From positions 62,882 through 126,881 of the forward strand of contig MHBH01000033.1 of assembly GCA_001804805.1 (NCBI GenBank): a stretch of 64,000 nt of DNA, read 5' to 3'. The stretch is from Lentisphaerae bacterium GWF2_49_21. Its GTDB lineage: Bacteria; Verrucomicrobiota; Lentisphaeria; Victivallales; GWF2-50-93. Position 1 is the stretch's first letter, and each line of letters opens with the position of its first letter. This document shows positions 27,030 to 36,357 of this stretch, piece by piece. The position numbers were made by a program, and so were the translations under genes. Below the pieces are notes generated by a model. That model was not told the DNA's origin, ran no database searches, and saw nothing but the letters and a program-made list of their open reading frames with translations.

Positions 27030-30000
27030 ATGAGAAACTTTCACTGTCATTTGATTTGCATCCTGCTTTTACAGTTCCTGTTCTTTTTGATCCCGTCAAA
27101 TGCTGAAGATTATTACGAGCCATTCAGCAAGGCGGAAGTGCTTGAGAGTGAAGGAAAGGCCGAAGAAGCCTTTTTAAGTTACTGCAAAATTCCGGGAGCC
27201 CAGCATAAGGCGCTGAAGATTGCCCTTGTAAAACCGGAAAAATATCTTGAACTCCTGCAAAAGAACCGTCAAGGAATTTCCTTTCCTATATCTAATGCAT
27301 TGGAAGGCGACTTGCTTCTGAAACTTGGCCGCAAAAATGAAGCTTTGATGTCATATCGGGCCGCCAGCAGTAAAATTGGAACCAAGCCCGATGAAACCTG
27401 GGAGAAAGGTTTTATTCCCGAATATGAATACATCACAGACTGTCCTATAAAAGTGGAGCAGGCCGGGGATTCCGGCTTTGATTTCATAAATGAGAACAGC
27501 CTGTTAAAACCGTTTGTCACTGGCTGCGGCAGTCATTCTGACAACTGGCTCATCCGCCGTTTTATCGCCCTGGAAGCATGGGAGGATGCTGAAAGGGAGT
27601 TTGACAGGATATGGAATATTCACCGGAAATTGAGCCGGCCTTATATTGCCAGAAATATCCATTCCGGAGCCCAGCAAAAAGATACGATACGGAAATTTAT
27701 TGTCCAACCTTATGGTTTTGACGGACAGGGATTGAGGTTTTCAATTGATTACGCATTTTTTGAGAAGCAGTGCAAACGGCCGGAAAAAGAATTAAAGATA
27801 CTATTGGAACCTGTTCTACTGATTGACATGGACAGGAATCCTCTGCTTGTCAGGCCGACGGTACTTGCTGAAAAAGACGCAAATACTGCTCTTCCAGAGA
27901 TAGAAAATGCCGCAATAATCGATCATTCGCACATTTTTGAGGGATATGGCGGTCTTTCCCGCGTGGAATTCATACGTCTCGCCTATGGCGCGTTCAAGGA
28001 ACTGGGGAAGGAAGACGAACTCATAAAACCTCTTGAAGAACAAGTCCATAAGGGGGAGAACAGGAGCTTGCGTGTCCTTGCGCAAATACGGTCATGCCAG
28101 AAAAGAAATGATGAGGCTCTCAAGCTTGAAAAAGAATATATTGAAAAAATGAAGTTCGATGGGCTCAGTGCGGCATATCGTCTTGGAACCGTCTATGAAT
28201 GTTATGGGAAGACACGGGAAGCCGCAGGAGAATATGAAAAGGCTTTGAATATGCCGTTCGCGGAGACGGATCTGCCAGACAAGAATGAGGACTATTTCAT
28301 GTCTTCGAGATTTTCCCAGCAGGCGAGGCCGAGGTTTCGCGGGCTGGAGGAGAGGGACAAGCTGTTGTTCCAGAAAAAGCTTTTGGAAAAGCTGATTTCG
28401 CTTTATAATGCCGCCGGTACGCCGGAAAAGATATTGGATTATTCCTTGAAGCTGTTCGACGCGAATCCTGATCTGCTGGATGATTTTGAGCTGGTTGAAA
28501 GCATATCGAAGAAGTTTTTGGCCGTAGAAAGGGAAGCAGAATTCAGGAAATGGGGGGGTGAAAAAACTTCGAGCCTTAAAAGCCCTGAGGCCAGGGCCAA
28601 TCTCCTTTGGCTTTCCGGTGACATCAGGATGTGTGCGAAAGCCGTTGCAGAAAACCCGGTCGGCATGGACAGCTGGATTAGCCGTATTGATAAAGAGCCG
28701 GCAGAAAAGAAAATGATGTTCCTTTCTGAAATTTCCAAGGCGGGATCCCGGAATTCGCTGGCGCTTTTGGAACTTCTGGATTCAATGGCGGATTCAGGCT
28801 CGGACACCGGAAAGGAAGCCGTCGTTATCATGGAAATCCTCCTTCAGCCAAACGAAAAGGATGTCTTCTGGAGAGGCAAGGGAGGTGCTTATAACCGGAC
28901 GCAGTTCAAAAGTTATTTTGATCTTGCCTACAGGTTATTGCGCATTTATCTGAAAAACAAGGAGGATGAGAAGTTCTTCAGCCTTGGAATGAAGATGGCT
29001 TCCGGCGACAAGCCTTTTGGAAAATGGTGGGAGAAGGATTTCCAATCCTCCTATGAGTCAGGAGGTGCGATTGGCTACAGGTCATATCTGAACTCATCCA
29101 TGGGGCTTCTGATAGATCGCGCCGACGAGAAGCTGCTCGTGGAACTTGGGAAGCTTTGGGACAAGATCCCCGATTGCCCGTCGAAACGCCAGTATCTGCG
29201 ACGAATGGACAAGTCGATTGGCGGAAAAGCTGGTGAAACACCATGCATATGGCGTGATATTCCCGATGGCGTGAGTATTATCACCTCATCGGACAATATT
29301 CTGAGTCTTGCAGGAAATAAAAGCTATTTCTTCACCGGACATCCCTGGGGGATAACTGTGTATGGAACTGATCTCAAGGTAAAATTCAAAATACCCCTTG
29401 AAGCCGCGGTGATTTGTCTGGAATCAGATAACAGCAGTCTCTGGGCCGGAACACCTTCAGGTCTTTTCAGGATAGGCTTGAGTGATTGGAACATAAAGCA
29501 TGTTTTCCTGGACAAGGATGTAAGTGAAAAGGATCGCAAAAACGAGGATATCAGCCGTCTTAACAGGGTCGAATCCCTGGTGCTTTGCAAAAATGAACTT
29601 TGGATAGGGACGTGCAGGAACATCCAACTCTTGAACACAGACAATATGCAGCTCAAAGTTTTTTCTTTAGACGAGCTTGGAGTGCAGAACAATCAGGAAT
29701 GGAAAATTCTTCATGTGGACGGGAATCATGTCTGGGCAAACGACAGGAGGTTTGTAAGGAAAACTGGCAAATGGCAGAAGCTTGTTTATAAAAGTTCTCC
29801 GGTATTTCCGATTTCATTTTCCAAGAACAAGATATACGGTCATGTCAATCTTGGAGAACCTCTCCGTGATCGTCCATGCATAATCAATCCTGACACTCTG
29901 GAAGTAACGCCTTTCCTTATTGAGGATCAATCGCGAGGCGAATCCTGTATCAACGGCCCGTTTTCATATTATGGGGAGCTTGACGGACAACCTGTGTTCG

Positions 30001-32564
30001 GTCCGGGTTATGGCAGATATGTCCTTAATGGCGAGACTGGTAAATTGAGAATGCTCAGTGATTCCGCCGAGGTTGCGATCAAGGGGGATATGCCCGGTTT
30101 TCTCATGTATGGAACTGTCTTCCAGAAGCAGGACAATATACTCGAATGCGATAATTTAAGCCATGAGTGCAAGCTGAAGAACATAGTTGTACATGCGACA
30201 AGATGGTATCTCATGAAAACTTCGGACGGCAGGTCCGTCCTGGCGGCACAGCCTTCAGACTCATATGATTATAAATATGGACAAAACGACAATTCCCATG
30301 GATATAGCCAGATGAAAGATTATCCTGGAGGCCTGTATCTTATATCCAAGGATGGAGATGCTGAGAAGATTTCCGGTGGTGACGGATCCATTCCAGGTAT
30401 CCATGTATATTCCATATTGAATGAAAGTCCTTCCGGAAGAAAATGGATATGCACGGACTACGGCCTCTCGGTTGTCAATAAGGCTGACAGGCTGATCGGC
30501 AATTTCACGGTTAGCGACGGACTTCCGGCAAATATCTTTTTTTCAGGCTGCAGTTTCAAGGAAAGGCTTTATTTTGCGACCGGATTTGGAGACCATGGCG
30601 GTGGACTGCTGGTATTCAATCCTGAAACCTTTGTTTTCCATTCATATTTCGACAGTGACGGATTGGCTACCAACAAACTTGCCGATGTGAAAGTTTCCGA
30701 GGGCGGGCAGGGGCTTAAAGTAAAGTATGGCCCGGAATATATGAGGGAGGCCGATTTCAGATACAGGCTTTATCCTGAATCAGTTTTCAATCCCGGAAAT
30801 GCTCCGTATTGGGCGAACGCAAAACCCAAGTATATTTCACGGGAGGAAGCGGAGGACGGCAATGGATTGAAGAAGGCCAAATATGAAAAGATGCCCTATA
30901 TCGGTGGAGCAAAAATCTCACAACAGGAGTTTGACGGTAAGATTTATATCTGCGGGACAAGAGGGCTTGTTGTCGCGGAGAAGGGCGCCAGCCTGGTAGG
31001 TTGCAGATATTCCGAGCTGAATCCAAAACTGACAGGTTCTGAAGACAGGAAATTCCTTGAGGAAGCGAAATCGATAAGATGGAAGGATTCGCAAAGTCTG
31101 AAAAAATACTTGGACAGCGGCAATCCATATTTGAAGGCTGAAGCCATTATTGCATCCCAGGGAGATGCAGAAGGCAATCCCAAGGCCTTCATTCCTGTGT
31201 TGTCGGCCGCCCTTGACGATCCAAATCAATATGTCAGAGGCTCCGCTCTTATTGTGCTTATGAGGATGAAGGATAAAAATGCGATTGATCCGCTGAGGAA
31301 GTGTTTGAAGAGCGAAGACGAGTATTTCCGGTCTGTTGCAGCAATATCGCTTGCAAGACTCGGAAGTCCCGTGGAACTTCCGGTCTATGAAGGTATCCTG
31401 AAACAGAAAAATTCCGGATGTCTGTATTATGGGGCGGGAATGACAGGTGGCGGGGGCACGAACAAGCAGGATGTATTCGAGGCGCTTGCATCCTGCGCGG
31501 ACAAGGAAGTCTTCAAGATGCTGATGAAGTATCCGTTAGGCAGCGATGATTATGAGCCCAGGCAGAAGGTTTTTGTTGAACTTGGAAAATCTCTTTTGAA
31601 ACATCCAGACGCGGCTCCGGTCCTGCTTGAGGCATATCCGGAAAGCGATCCTGGCCCAGATTCGAATTACGGCGAGGCGATCTTTTCGCAGAAGGTGTTC
31701 AAATATGCGGGGAAGGACATTCTTCCTATCCTGCACAAGGCGCTTGAAAGCGAGAACCGGGTGGTCCGTTCGAATGCCGCGCGCGCCTGCGGTGAAATAA
31801 GGGACAACTCATCAATTCCCTATCTCATAAAGGCTCTTGATTTTGAAAGCGGGCTTTCACAGGCGTCGATAATATGGGCACTGGGGAAATTGAAGTCAAA
31901 GGAAGCTCTTCCTATTATAATCAGCGCGTATCCTGAAATTAAAAAGGAGAAGGAGTCCAGAAGCAATCAAGGCTATCTCTTCGCACAGGCTGTTTCAGAG
32001 GCTAGGACCCGCTATGACTATTTGAGGGATATAAAAGCCATTGGGAAGGAATGGGGTGAAATAATGGTTTCAAATACAAAACTCCCGATCAATCCGGCTA
32101 AGAATGAATTTCTTATCAGTACAAAGGTTCTTGTTGGAGCTGTCAGGGACATAGGTCCTGAATTGTCACAGGACTTTTTCAGGGGATTGGCGGCTGACAG
32201 CGATAGCGATGCCAGGGAGGAAGCGGCGGAATGTCTTTCCATGTGTAATCCGGGTGACATCCAGCAGAATATAAAAACACTTCAAAACATGCTGGACGAC
32301 AATATTTATGTTTCAAGCAAGGCGGCTGGCAGCCTTCTTCTGCTTGGGGATACCAAGGTGCAGGGATTTGTTCTGAAATGTTTGAGTTCTCAGGATAAAA
32401 ATACTGTTGACAGGATGATGTTTCAGCTGGAAGATGTCAATGATAAGGATCCTGCAAAGCTTTCCTTTGCGCATGGAAGGCTGGAAGAGATATCCAAGGA
32501 TGGCCGGATGAGCGATCATTGTCAAAAGATGTCGATAAAGATCATTAAGAAGAACCTCAAATAA
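27030..32564 (+). CDS. giant secreted protein: TPR-like N-terminal region, beta-propeller (two-component-regulator-propeller-like) middle, HEAT/PBS-lyase-like repeats at the C-terminus
   Basis: Uninterrupted 1844-aa ORF with signal peptide MRNFHCHLICILLLQFLFFLIPSNAED. Propeller-like repeats include SSLWAGTPSGLFRI, NELWIGTCRNIQLL and KWICTDYGLSVVNK. HEAT-like repeats include DPNQYVRGSALIVLMRM, SEDEYFRSVAAISLARLG and SENRVVRSNAARACGEI. Confidence 0.8.
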   Translation: MRNFHCHLICILLLQFLFFLIPSNAEDYYEPFSKAEVLESEGKAEEAFLSYCKIPGAQHKALKIALVKPEKYLELLQKNRQGISFPISNALEGDLLLKLGRKNEALMSYRAASSKIGTKPDETWEKGFIPEYEYITDCPIKVEQAGDSGFDFINENSLLKPFVTGCGSHSDNWLIRRFIALEAWEDAEREFDRIWNIHRKLSRPYIARNIHSGAQQKDTIRKFIVQPYGFDGQGLRFSIDYAFFEKQCKRPEKELKILLEPVLLIDMDRNPLLVRPTVLAEKDANTALPEIENAAIIDHSHIFEGYGGLSRVEFIRLAYGAFKELGKEDELIKPLEEQVHKGENRSLRVLAQIRSCQKRNDEALKLEKEYIEKMKFDGLSAAYRLGTVYECYGKTREAAGEYEKALNMPFAETDLPDKNEDYFMSSRFSQQARPRFRGLEERDKLLFQKKLLEKLISLYNAAGTPEKILDYSLKLFDANPDLLDDFELVESISKKFLAVEREAEFRKWGGEKTSSLKSPEARANLLWLSGDIRMCAKAVAENPVGMDSWISRIDKEPAEKKMMFLSEISKAGSRNSLALLELLDSMADSGSDTGKEAVVIMEILLQPNEKDVFWRGKGGAYNRTQFKSYFDLAYRLLRIYLKNKEDEKFFSLGMKMASGDKPFGKWWEKDFQSSYESGGAIGYRSYLNSSMGLLIDRADEKLLVELGKLWDKIPDCPSKRQYLRRMDKSIGGKAGETPCIWRDIPDGVSIITSSDNILSLAGNKSYFFTGHPWGITVYGTDLKVKFKIPLEAAVICLESDNSSLWAGTPSGLFRIGLSDWNIKHVFLDKDVSEKDRKNEDISRLNRVESLVLCKNELWIGTCRNIQLLNTDNMQLKVFSLDELGVQNNQEWKILHVDGNHVWANDRRFVRKTGKWQKLVYKSSPVFPISFSKNKIYGHVNLGEPLRDRPCIINPDTLEVTPFLIEDQSRGESCINGPFSYYGELDGQPVFGPGYGRYVLNGETGKLRMLSDSAEVAIKGDMPGFLMYGTVFQKQDNILECDNLSHECKLKNIVVHATRWYLMKTSDGRSVLAAQPSDSYDYKYGQNDNSHGYSQMKDYPGGLYLISKDGDAEKISGGDGSIPGIHVYSILNESPSGRKWICTDYGLSVVNKADRLIGNFTVSDGLPANIFFSGCSFKERLYFATGFGDHGGGLLVFNPETFVFHSYFDSDGLATNKLADVKVSEGGQGLKVKYGPEYMREADFRYRLYPESVFNPGNAPYWANAKPKYISREEAEDGNGLKKAKYEKMPYIGGAKISQQEFDGKIYICGTRGLVVAEKGASLVGCRYSELNPKLTGSEDRKFLEEAKSIRWKDSQSLKKYLDSGNPYLKAEAIIASQGDAEGNPKAFIPVLSAALDDPNQYVRGSALIVLMRMKDKNAIDPLRKCLKSEDEYFRSVAAISLARLGSPVELPVYEGILKQKNSGCLYYGAGMTGGGGTNKQDVFEALASCADKEVFKMLMKYPLGSDDYEPRQKVFVELGKSLLKHPDAAPVLLEAYPESDPGPDSNYGEAIFSQKVFKYAGKDILPILHKALESENRVVRSNAARACGEIRDNSSIPYLIKALDFESGLSQASIIWALGKLKSKEALPIIISAYPEIKKEKESRSNQGYLFAQAVSEARTRYDYLRDIKAIGKEWGEIMVSNTKLPINPAKNEFLISTKVLVGAVRDIGPELSQDFFRGLAADSDSDAREEAAECLSMCNPGDIQQNIKTLQNMLDDNIYVSSKAAGSLLLLGDTKVQGFVLKCLSSQDKNTVDRMMFQLEDVNDKDPAKLSFAHGRLEEISKDGRMSDHCQKMSIKIIKKNLK

Positions 32565-32603
32565 CAGAGCCTCAAAAAAATCGTTTTTTTTATTGTAGAA
32601 CTA

Positions 32604-32632
32604 TTGACATTGCCCGTGTAATCGGTTATACT
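32604..32632 (+). promoter_or_regulatory. sigma70-like promoter for the LacI gene at 32667
   Basis: TTGACA (32604-32609), 17-nt spacer, TATACT (32627-32632). Confidence 0.5.
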
Positions 32633-32666
32633 AATGTGAAATCGATTATACAACTGGAGTGGTTCT

Positions 32667-33602
32667 ATGAGTGTAACTCTCAGAGATGTGGCGAAGAAAG
32701 CAGGCGTGTCAATAGTGACCGCCAGCAGGGTTTTCAATGGAAAGGAATCCGTAAAGCCCGCTTTCAAAAAGAAGGTCTTTGATGCTGCAAAGTCTCTCAA
32801 CTATACTCCTAATCTGCTTGCCAGAGGCCTGGCAAAAAGCAATCTCAAGATTATTTCCGTCTACATGGGCGAACTTGAAAATCCATATTTCGGCAGCCTC
32901 GCCACCAACCTCGCAAAAGAATTCACGAAATACTCATATGAGCTCATAATCTGCGACTCCATCAGCAAGACTCTCGAACTGAACCGAAGCCTCGCCACTT
33001 CAGGAAGCGTACTCGTGTCATTCGGCAAAAAAGAAGTCCTCGAGAAAATCACTGAAACGCATCCGGTCGTCGGCATCTCCTGCACCATGACCGACAATGC
33101 GAACATACCCAACATTGATCTGGACTTCAAAGATGCATATACGGAGCTTTATGAGAGGGCGGTTTATTCCGACAAGGACAAGATCGCATTTTATTCACCT
33201 TTGCTGAGGCAGTATCCGCATCTTTCCGGGAGCAAGTTCATCCATGTCTATTCGGCAATGAAGAGAAAAGGGCATACGCCGGCCGGAGACCAGATCTTTG
33301 CGGATGATGATGCTGTCATCTCCTTCATGGAGCTCAGCCCCGGCTCGATTAACTGCGTTTTCTGCGAGAATGACATGCAGGCGGCCAGGCTCCATGGAAA
33401 ACTTATCAAAAAAGGATACAAGGTTCCCGAAGATGTAATCGTCATCGGATGCGACGGGACCTTAGTCCTTGATGGAATGTGGTCCGTAAAGATAGACACG
33501 GCGAAGATTGCGGCTAAGGCGGCCGAACTTTTCAGGGATCATGCGATAAACGGTGCAAGCAATGGAACTCATACAATAAAGCCTGAGCCGATTTACAAAT
33601 GA
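32667..33602 (+). CDS. LacI family transcriptional regulator
   Basis: HTH LRDVAKKAGVSIVTASRVFNGKESVKPAFKKKVFDAAKSLNYTPN plus a PBP1-like core (VFCENDMQAARLHG, DVIVIGCDG). Confidence 0.85.
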   Translation: MSVTLRDVAKKAGVSIVTASRVFNGKESVKPAFKKKVFDAAKSLNYTPNLLARGLAKSNLKIISVYMGELENPYFGSLATNLAKEFTKYSYELIICDSISKTLELNRSLATSGSVLVSFGKKEVLEKITETHPVVGISCTMTDNANIPNIDLDFKDAYTELYERAVYSDKDKIAFYSPLLRQYPHLSGSKFIHVYSAMKRKGHTPAGDQIFADDDAVISFMELSPGSINCVFCENDMQAARLHGKLIKKGYKVPEDVIVIGCDGTLVLDGMWSVKIDTAKIAAKAAELFRDHAINGASNGTHTIKPEPIYK

Positions 33603-33629
33603 GGAGAAGAAGCTGGATTGCTATTTGAC

Positions 33630-33866
33630 GACCCCCCAAGTATGTCCGGGGGTCTAGGTGTAACAGCCTTGCCCCCGGGCGTACTTCTTAAATTAGGAAG
33701 TGGCGAATGGAAAAGATGATGGATATAATTTTCAACGACCCCCCAAGTATGTCCGGGGATTTAGGTGTAACAGCCTTATCCCCGGGCGTACTTCTTAAAT
33801 TAGACCCCCCAAGCATGTCCGGGGATTTGGGTGTAACAGCCCTGTCCCCGGGCATGCTTTTTATTG
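33630..33866 (+). repeat. three copies of a 66-nt stem-loop unit (33630-33695, 33737-33802, 33803-about 33866)
   Basis: Unit: GACCCCCCAAGTATGTCCGGGGAT-TTAGGTGTAACAGCCTT-ATCCCCGGGCGTACTTCTTAAATTA. It forms a 16-bp stem with a conserved loop, and paired positions change together between copies (see findings). Confidence 0.9.
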
Positions 33867-33902
33867 AAGCATTACAGATGAGCTGACATACTTGAGAGAA
33901 GA

Positions 33903-33992
33903 GCGGATGCATGGATTGTTGGATGATTGAGTAATTAGAGGTTCGACTCCTTGTTTACTTTCCCGCAATCATCCAACACTCCAGTCATCCGC
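33903..33992 (+). other. 90-nt interrupted long hairpin (candidate structured RNA or MITE)
   Basis: Three helices: GCGGATG (33903-09) with CATCCGC (33986-92); TGGA with TCCA; and TGTTGGATGATTG (33917-29) with CAATCATCCAACA (33966-78). They enclose a 36-nt loop. Confidence 0.7.
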
Positions 33993-34007
33993 GACAAAAA
34001 TGAAAAA

Positions 34008-34040
34008 GGGCGTGCGAATTTCGCACGCCCTTTTCTTTTT
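34008..34040 (+). terminator. intrinsic terminator (usable on both strands)
   Basis: Perfect GGGCGTGCGAA-T-TTCGCACGCCC stem followed by TTTTCTTTTT; an A-run precedes it. Confidence 0.7.
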
Positions 34041-34154
34041 CCACCCCGGTCATCAGGTAGGGTTAAACCCCATGGCAGAAAACCGTTTGAAGATCTATAC
34101 TTCTACATTAACATTCCAGTTAATATTAAAATTCGGATCAACAAGGAGGGTATC

Positions 34155-34517
34155 ATGATCGAGCAGCTGAAGAAAAACATGTTTATCGGGATCGGCCTGA
34201 TGGCAATGACACGGACCAAAGTCATGGAATTCGGGAAAAAACTTGCCGAAGAGAGCAAGCTTTCAGAAGACGAGGGCGAGAAGCTTGTGAACGATCTGCT
34301 GAAACAGGCGGATGACATGAAAAATTATTTTGAGAAAAACTTTTCCAGTATCGTCGAAGAAAAAATGAAGAATGTCAAACTCCCGTGCAATGTCGGGTTC
34401 GAGAAGATGGGAAAGGAGATTAATGAGCTCAAAAGGACTCTCGCCAGGATTGAATCAAAATTAAATAAAAAGGATGCCCGGCCTAAGGCTGGGTCTGCCT
34501 GCAGCCCAAAAAAATAA
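34155..34517 (+). CDS. phasin-like small coiled-coil protein
   Basis: ATG 34155 with AAGGAGGG SD. MIEQLKKNMFIGIGLMAMTRTKVMEFGKKLAEESKLSEDEGEKLVNDLLKQ resembles phasin/PHA-granule regulator family proteins, which often precede UbiB-type kinases. The track ORF start at 33951 is an extension. Confidence 0.65.
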   Translation: MIEQLKKNMFIGIGLMAMTRTKVMEFGKKLAEESKLSEDEGEKLVNDLLKQADDMKNYFEKNFSSIVEEKMKNVKLPCNVGFEKMGKEINELKRTLARIESKLNKKDARPKAGSACSPKK

Positions 34518-34566
34518 ACACCAAACATGATCGTGTAGAACATGGAGCTGTGAAACAAAGGCATCG

Positions 34567-36264
34567 ATGTATTTCCGCAAAAGAAAATCAGGATGGCGAC
34601 ACCATCAGTACAAACGCTACCAAACGGTCGTCGGCGTTCTAGTCAAGCACGGATTCTATGATTTTGTCGACAACAGCAACCTCCTCAGATTCATCCCGTT
34701 CAGGCACAGATACGTATCCGGAGGCAGATTGCTGGATGATGAGGAAGAGAAGCTCAACCACTGGCAGAGAATCAGGCTCGTACTTGAGGAGCTTGGACCC
34801 GCCTATGTCAAACTCGGACAGTTTGTAAGCAACAGACCAGATCTCCTCCCGCAGGAACTGTGCATTGAACTTGAATCGCTTCTTGACGAAGTGCCACCTT
34901 TTGACAACGCCGAGGCTGTAGCTATAATAGAGAAGGAGTTCAAGGCTCCAATCAGCAAGATTTTCAAGCAGTTCACCGAAAAACCGTTCTCATCGGCTTC
35001 AATCTCCCAGGTCCATAAGGCAAAGCTCCATGATGGGACCAAAGTGGCCGTCAAGATACAACGTCCCGGCATAAAGGAAGTGATCGAGGCGGATCTTGAA
35101 ATAATGGGGGAAGTTGCAGGGCTGCTGGAAAAATACGTTTCCGGCATGGATGTCATAAATCCCGCCGGGATTGTCGAGGAATTCAAGGTCTGCATCAACG
35201 AAGAACTCGACTTCATCAACGAGGCGGACAATATTGAAAAGTTCACCAGGAAATTCAACGGGGACAAACGGGTATGTTTCCCGAGGGTGTATAAGGAGTA
35301 TACGACTACGCGCATACTTACAATGGAGATGATTGAAGGAGTGTCCCTCGCCACAATAAAGGAAGGCAACAATCCGGATTACAATCTGGATCTGATTGCA
35401 ACAACGCTGAGCGACCTCCTGATGGATCAGATATTTGAGCATGGCTATTTCCACGGGGATCCGCATCAGGGGAACATCATAATCCGTGAAAACAATGTCA
35501 TCTGTTTTGTCGATTTCGGCCAGGTTGGAATACTTTCACCGAGAAACAGGCAAGTTCTCCGTGAAATCATTATTGGACTTGTTCAAAAGGATCCCAGGAG
35601 AGTCGCAAATGCTACAATGAAACTTTCCACGAATTCTGAAATCATCAACAGGGAACAGTTTGAGAACAAGGTATTCAAAATCATTGATAAATATGCCGGC
35701 GTAACGTTGCACAACCTCAACCTCAGCAAATTTTTCAACGATCTTTTCAAGCTGGTTATCAGCAGCAAGCTCATGATCCCGTCGGATCTTTATCTCCTCG
35801 GAAAGGCAATAACATCGCTTGAAGGAACACTCAGAAAGTTAAAACCGGACTTCAATATCATAGAGCACATCGAACCATTCGTCAGGAAAATGATTTTAGA
35901 GAACATGAGCCCGTATAACATTTTCAAGGACGTATACACCAGCCTTTCCGATTACTCAGATCTGTTCCGCAATCTTCCCGGAGGGCTCAGGGACATACTC
36001 AACCAGTTCAAAAACAGGAATATCAAGATCCAGTTCGAGCACCGAGGGCTGGAGCCGATGCTGCACAAGCATGACCAGATCAGCAACAGGATTGCTTTTT
36101 CCATAATCTCCTCGGCAATGATAGTCGGCTCCTCCCTTATAATGCATGCAAAGATTCCGCCTCTTTTATTCGGAATCTCCTTCCTCGGATTCGCCACATT
36201 CGTCTTTTCATTGCTCTTAGGGAGCTTCCTTCTCCTGTCCATCCTGCGCCATGGAAAGATGTGA
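34567..36264 (+). CDS. ABC1/UbiB family atypical kinase
   Basis: ASISQVHKAKLHDGTKVAVKIQRPGI, HGDPHQGNI and VDFGQVG motifs; two C-terminal TM helices. Confidence 0.9.
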   Translation: MYFRKRKSGWRHHQYKRYQTVVGVLVKHGFYDFVDNSNLLRFIPFRHRYVSGGRLLDDEEEKLNHWQRIRLVLEELGPAYVKLGQFVSNRPDLLPQELCIELESLLDEVPPFDNAEAVAIIEKEFKAPISKIFKQFTEKPFSSASISQVHKAKLHDGTKVAVKIQRPGIKEVIEADLEIMGEVAGLLEKYVSGMDVINPAGIVEEFKVCINEELDFINEADNIEKFTRKFNGDKRVCFPRVYKEYTTTRILTMEMIEGVSLATIKEGNNPDYNLDLIATTLSDLLMDQIFEHGYFHGDPHQGNIIIRENNVICFVDFGQVGILSPRNRQVLREIIIGLVQKDPRRVANATMKLSTNSEIINREQFENKVFKIIDKYAGVTLHNLNLSKFFNDLFKLVISSKLMIPSDLYLLGKAITSLEGTLRKLKPDFNIIEHIEPFVRKMILENMSPYNIFKDVYTSLSDYSDLFRNLPGGLRDILNQFKNRNIKIQFEHRGLEPMLHKHDQISNRIAFSIISSAMIVGSSLIMHAKIPPLLFGISFLGFATFVFSLLLGSFLLLSILRHGKM

Positions 36265-36357
36265 ATGTATCGTTCTTGAAAATTATCCCTTGATTCTTCC
36301 CCCATCCGTAGTAATTTCACATGAAATTAAATTAGGCATTGGACAGGGAGAATTATA

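Noticed and set aside
33630-33866. The tandem 66-nt repeats as a CRISPR array
   Set aside because: There are only three copies. The spacers are 41 nt and 0 nt, which is not regular. The repeat is twice the usual CRISPR length, and no cas genes are in the window.
33630-33866. The tandem repeats as integron attC sites
   Set aside because: No GTTRRRY/RYYYAAC core sites at the unit borders, no cassette ORFs between the units, and no intI integrase nearby.
33688-33912. 74-aa minus-strand ORF (MHPLFSQ...)
   Set aside because: It reads straight through the three repeat units, giving the repeated peptide PGD(R/K)AVTPKSPD(M/I)LGGS. There is no RBS. It is an artefact of the repeats.
33938-33955. GAGGTTCGACTCC, a tRNA/tmRNA-like T-arm
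   Set aside because: The flanking sequence gives no acceptor stem, D arm or anticodon arm, and the T-stem itself pairs poorly. It sits in the loop of the 90-nt hairpin.
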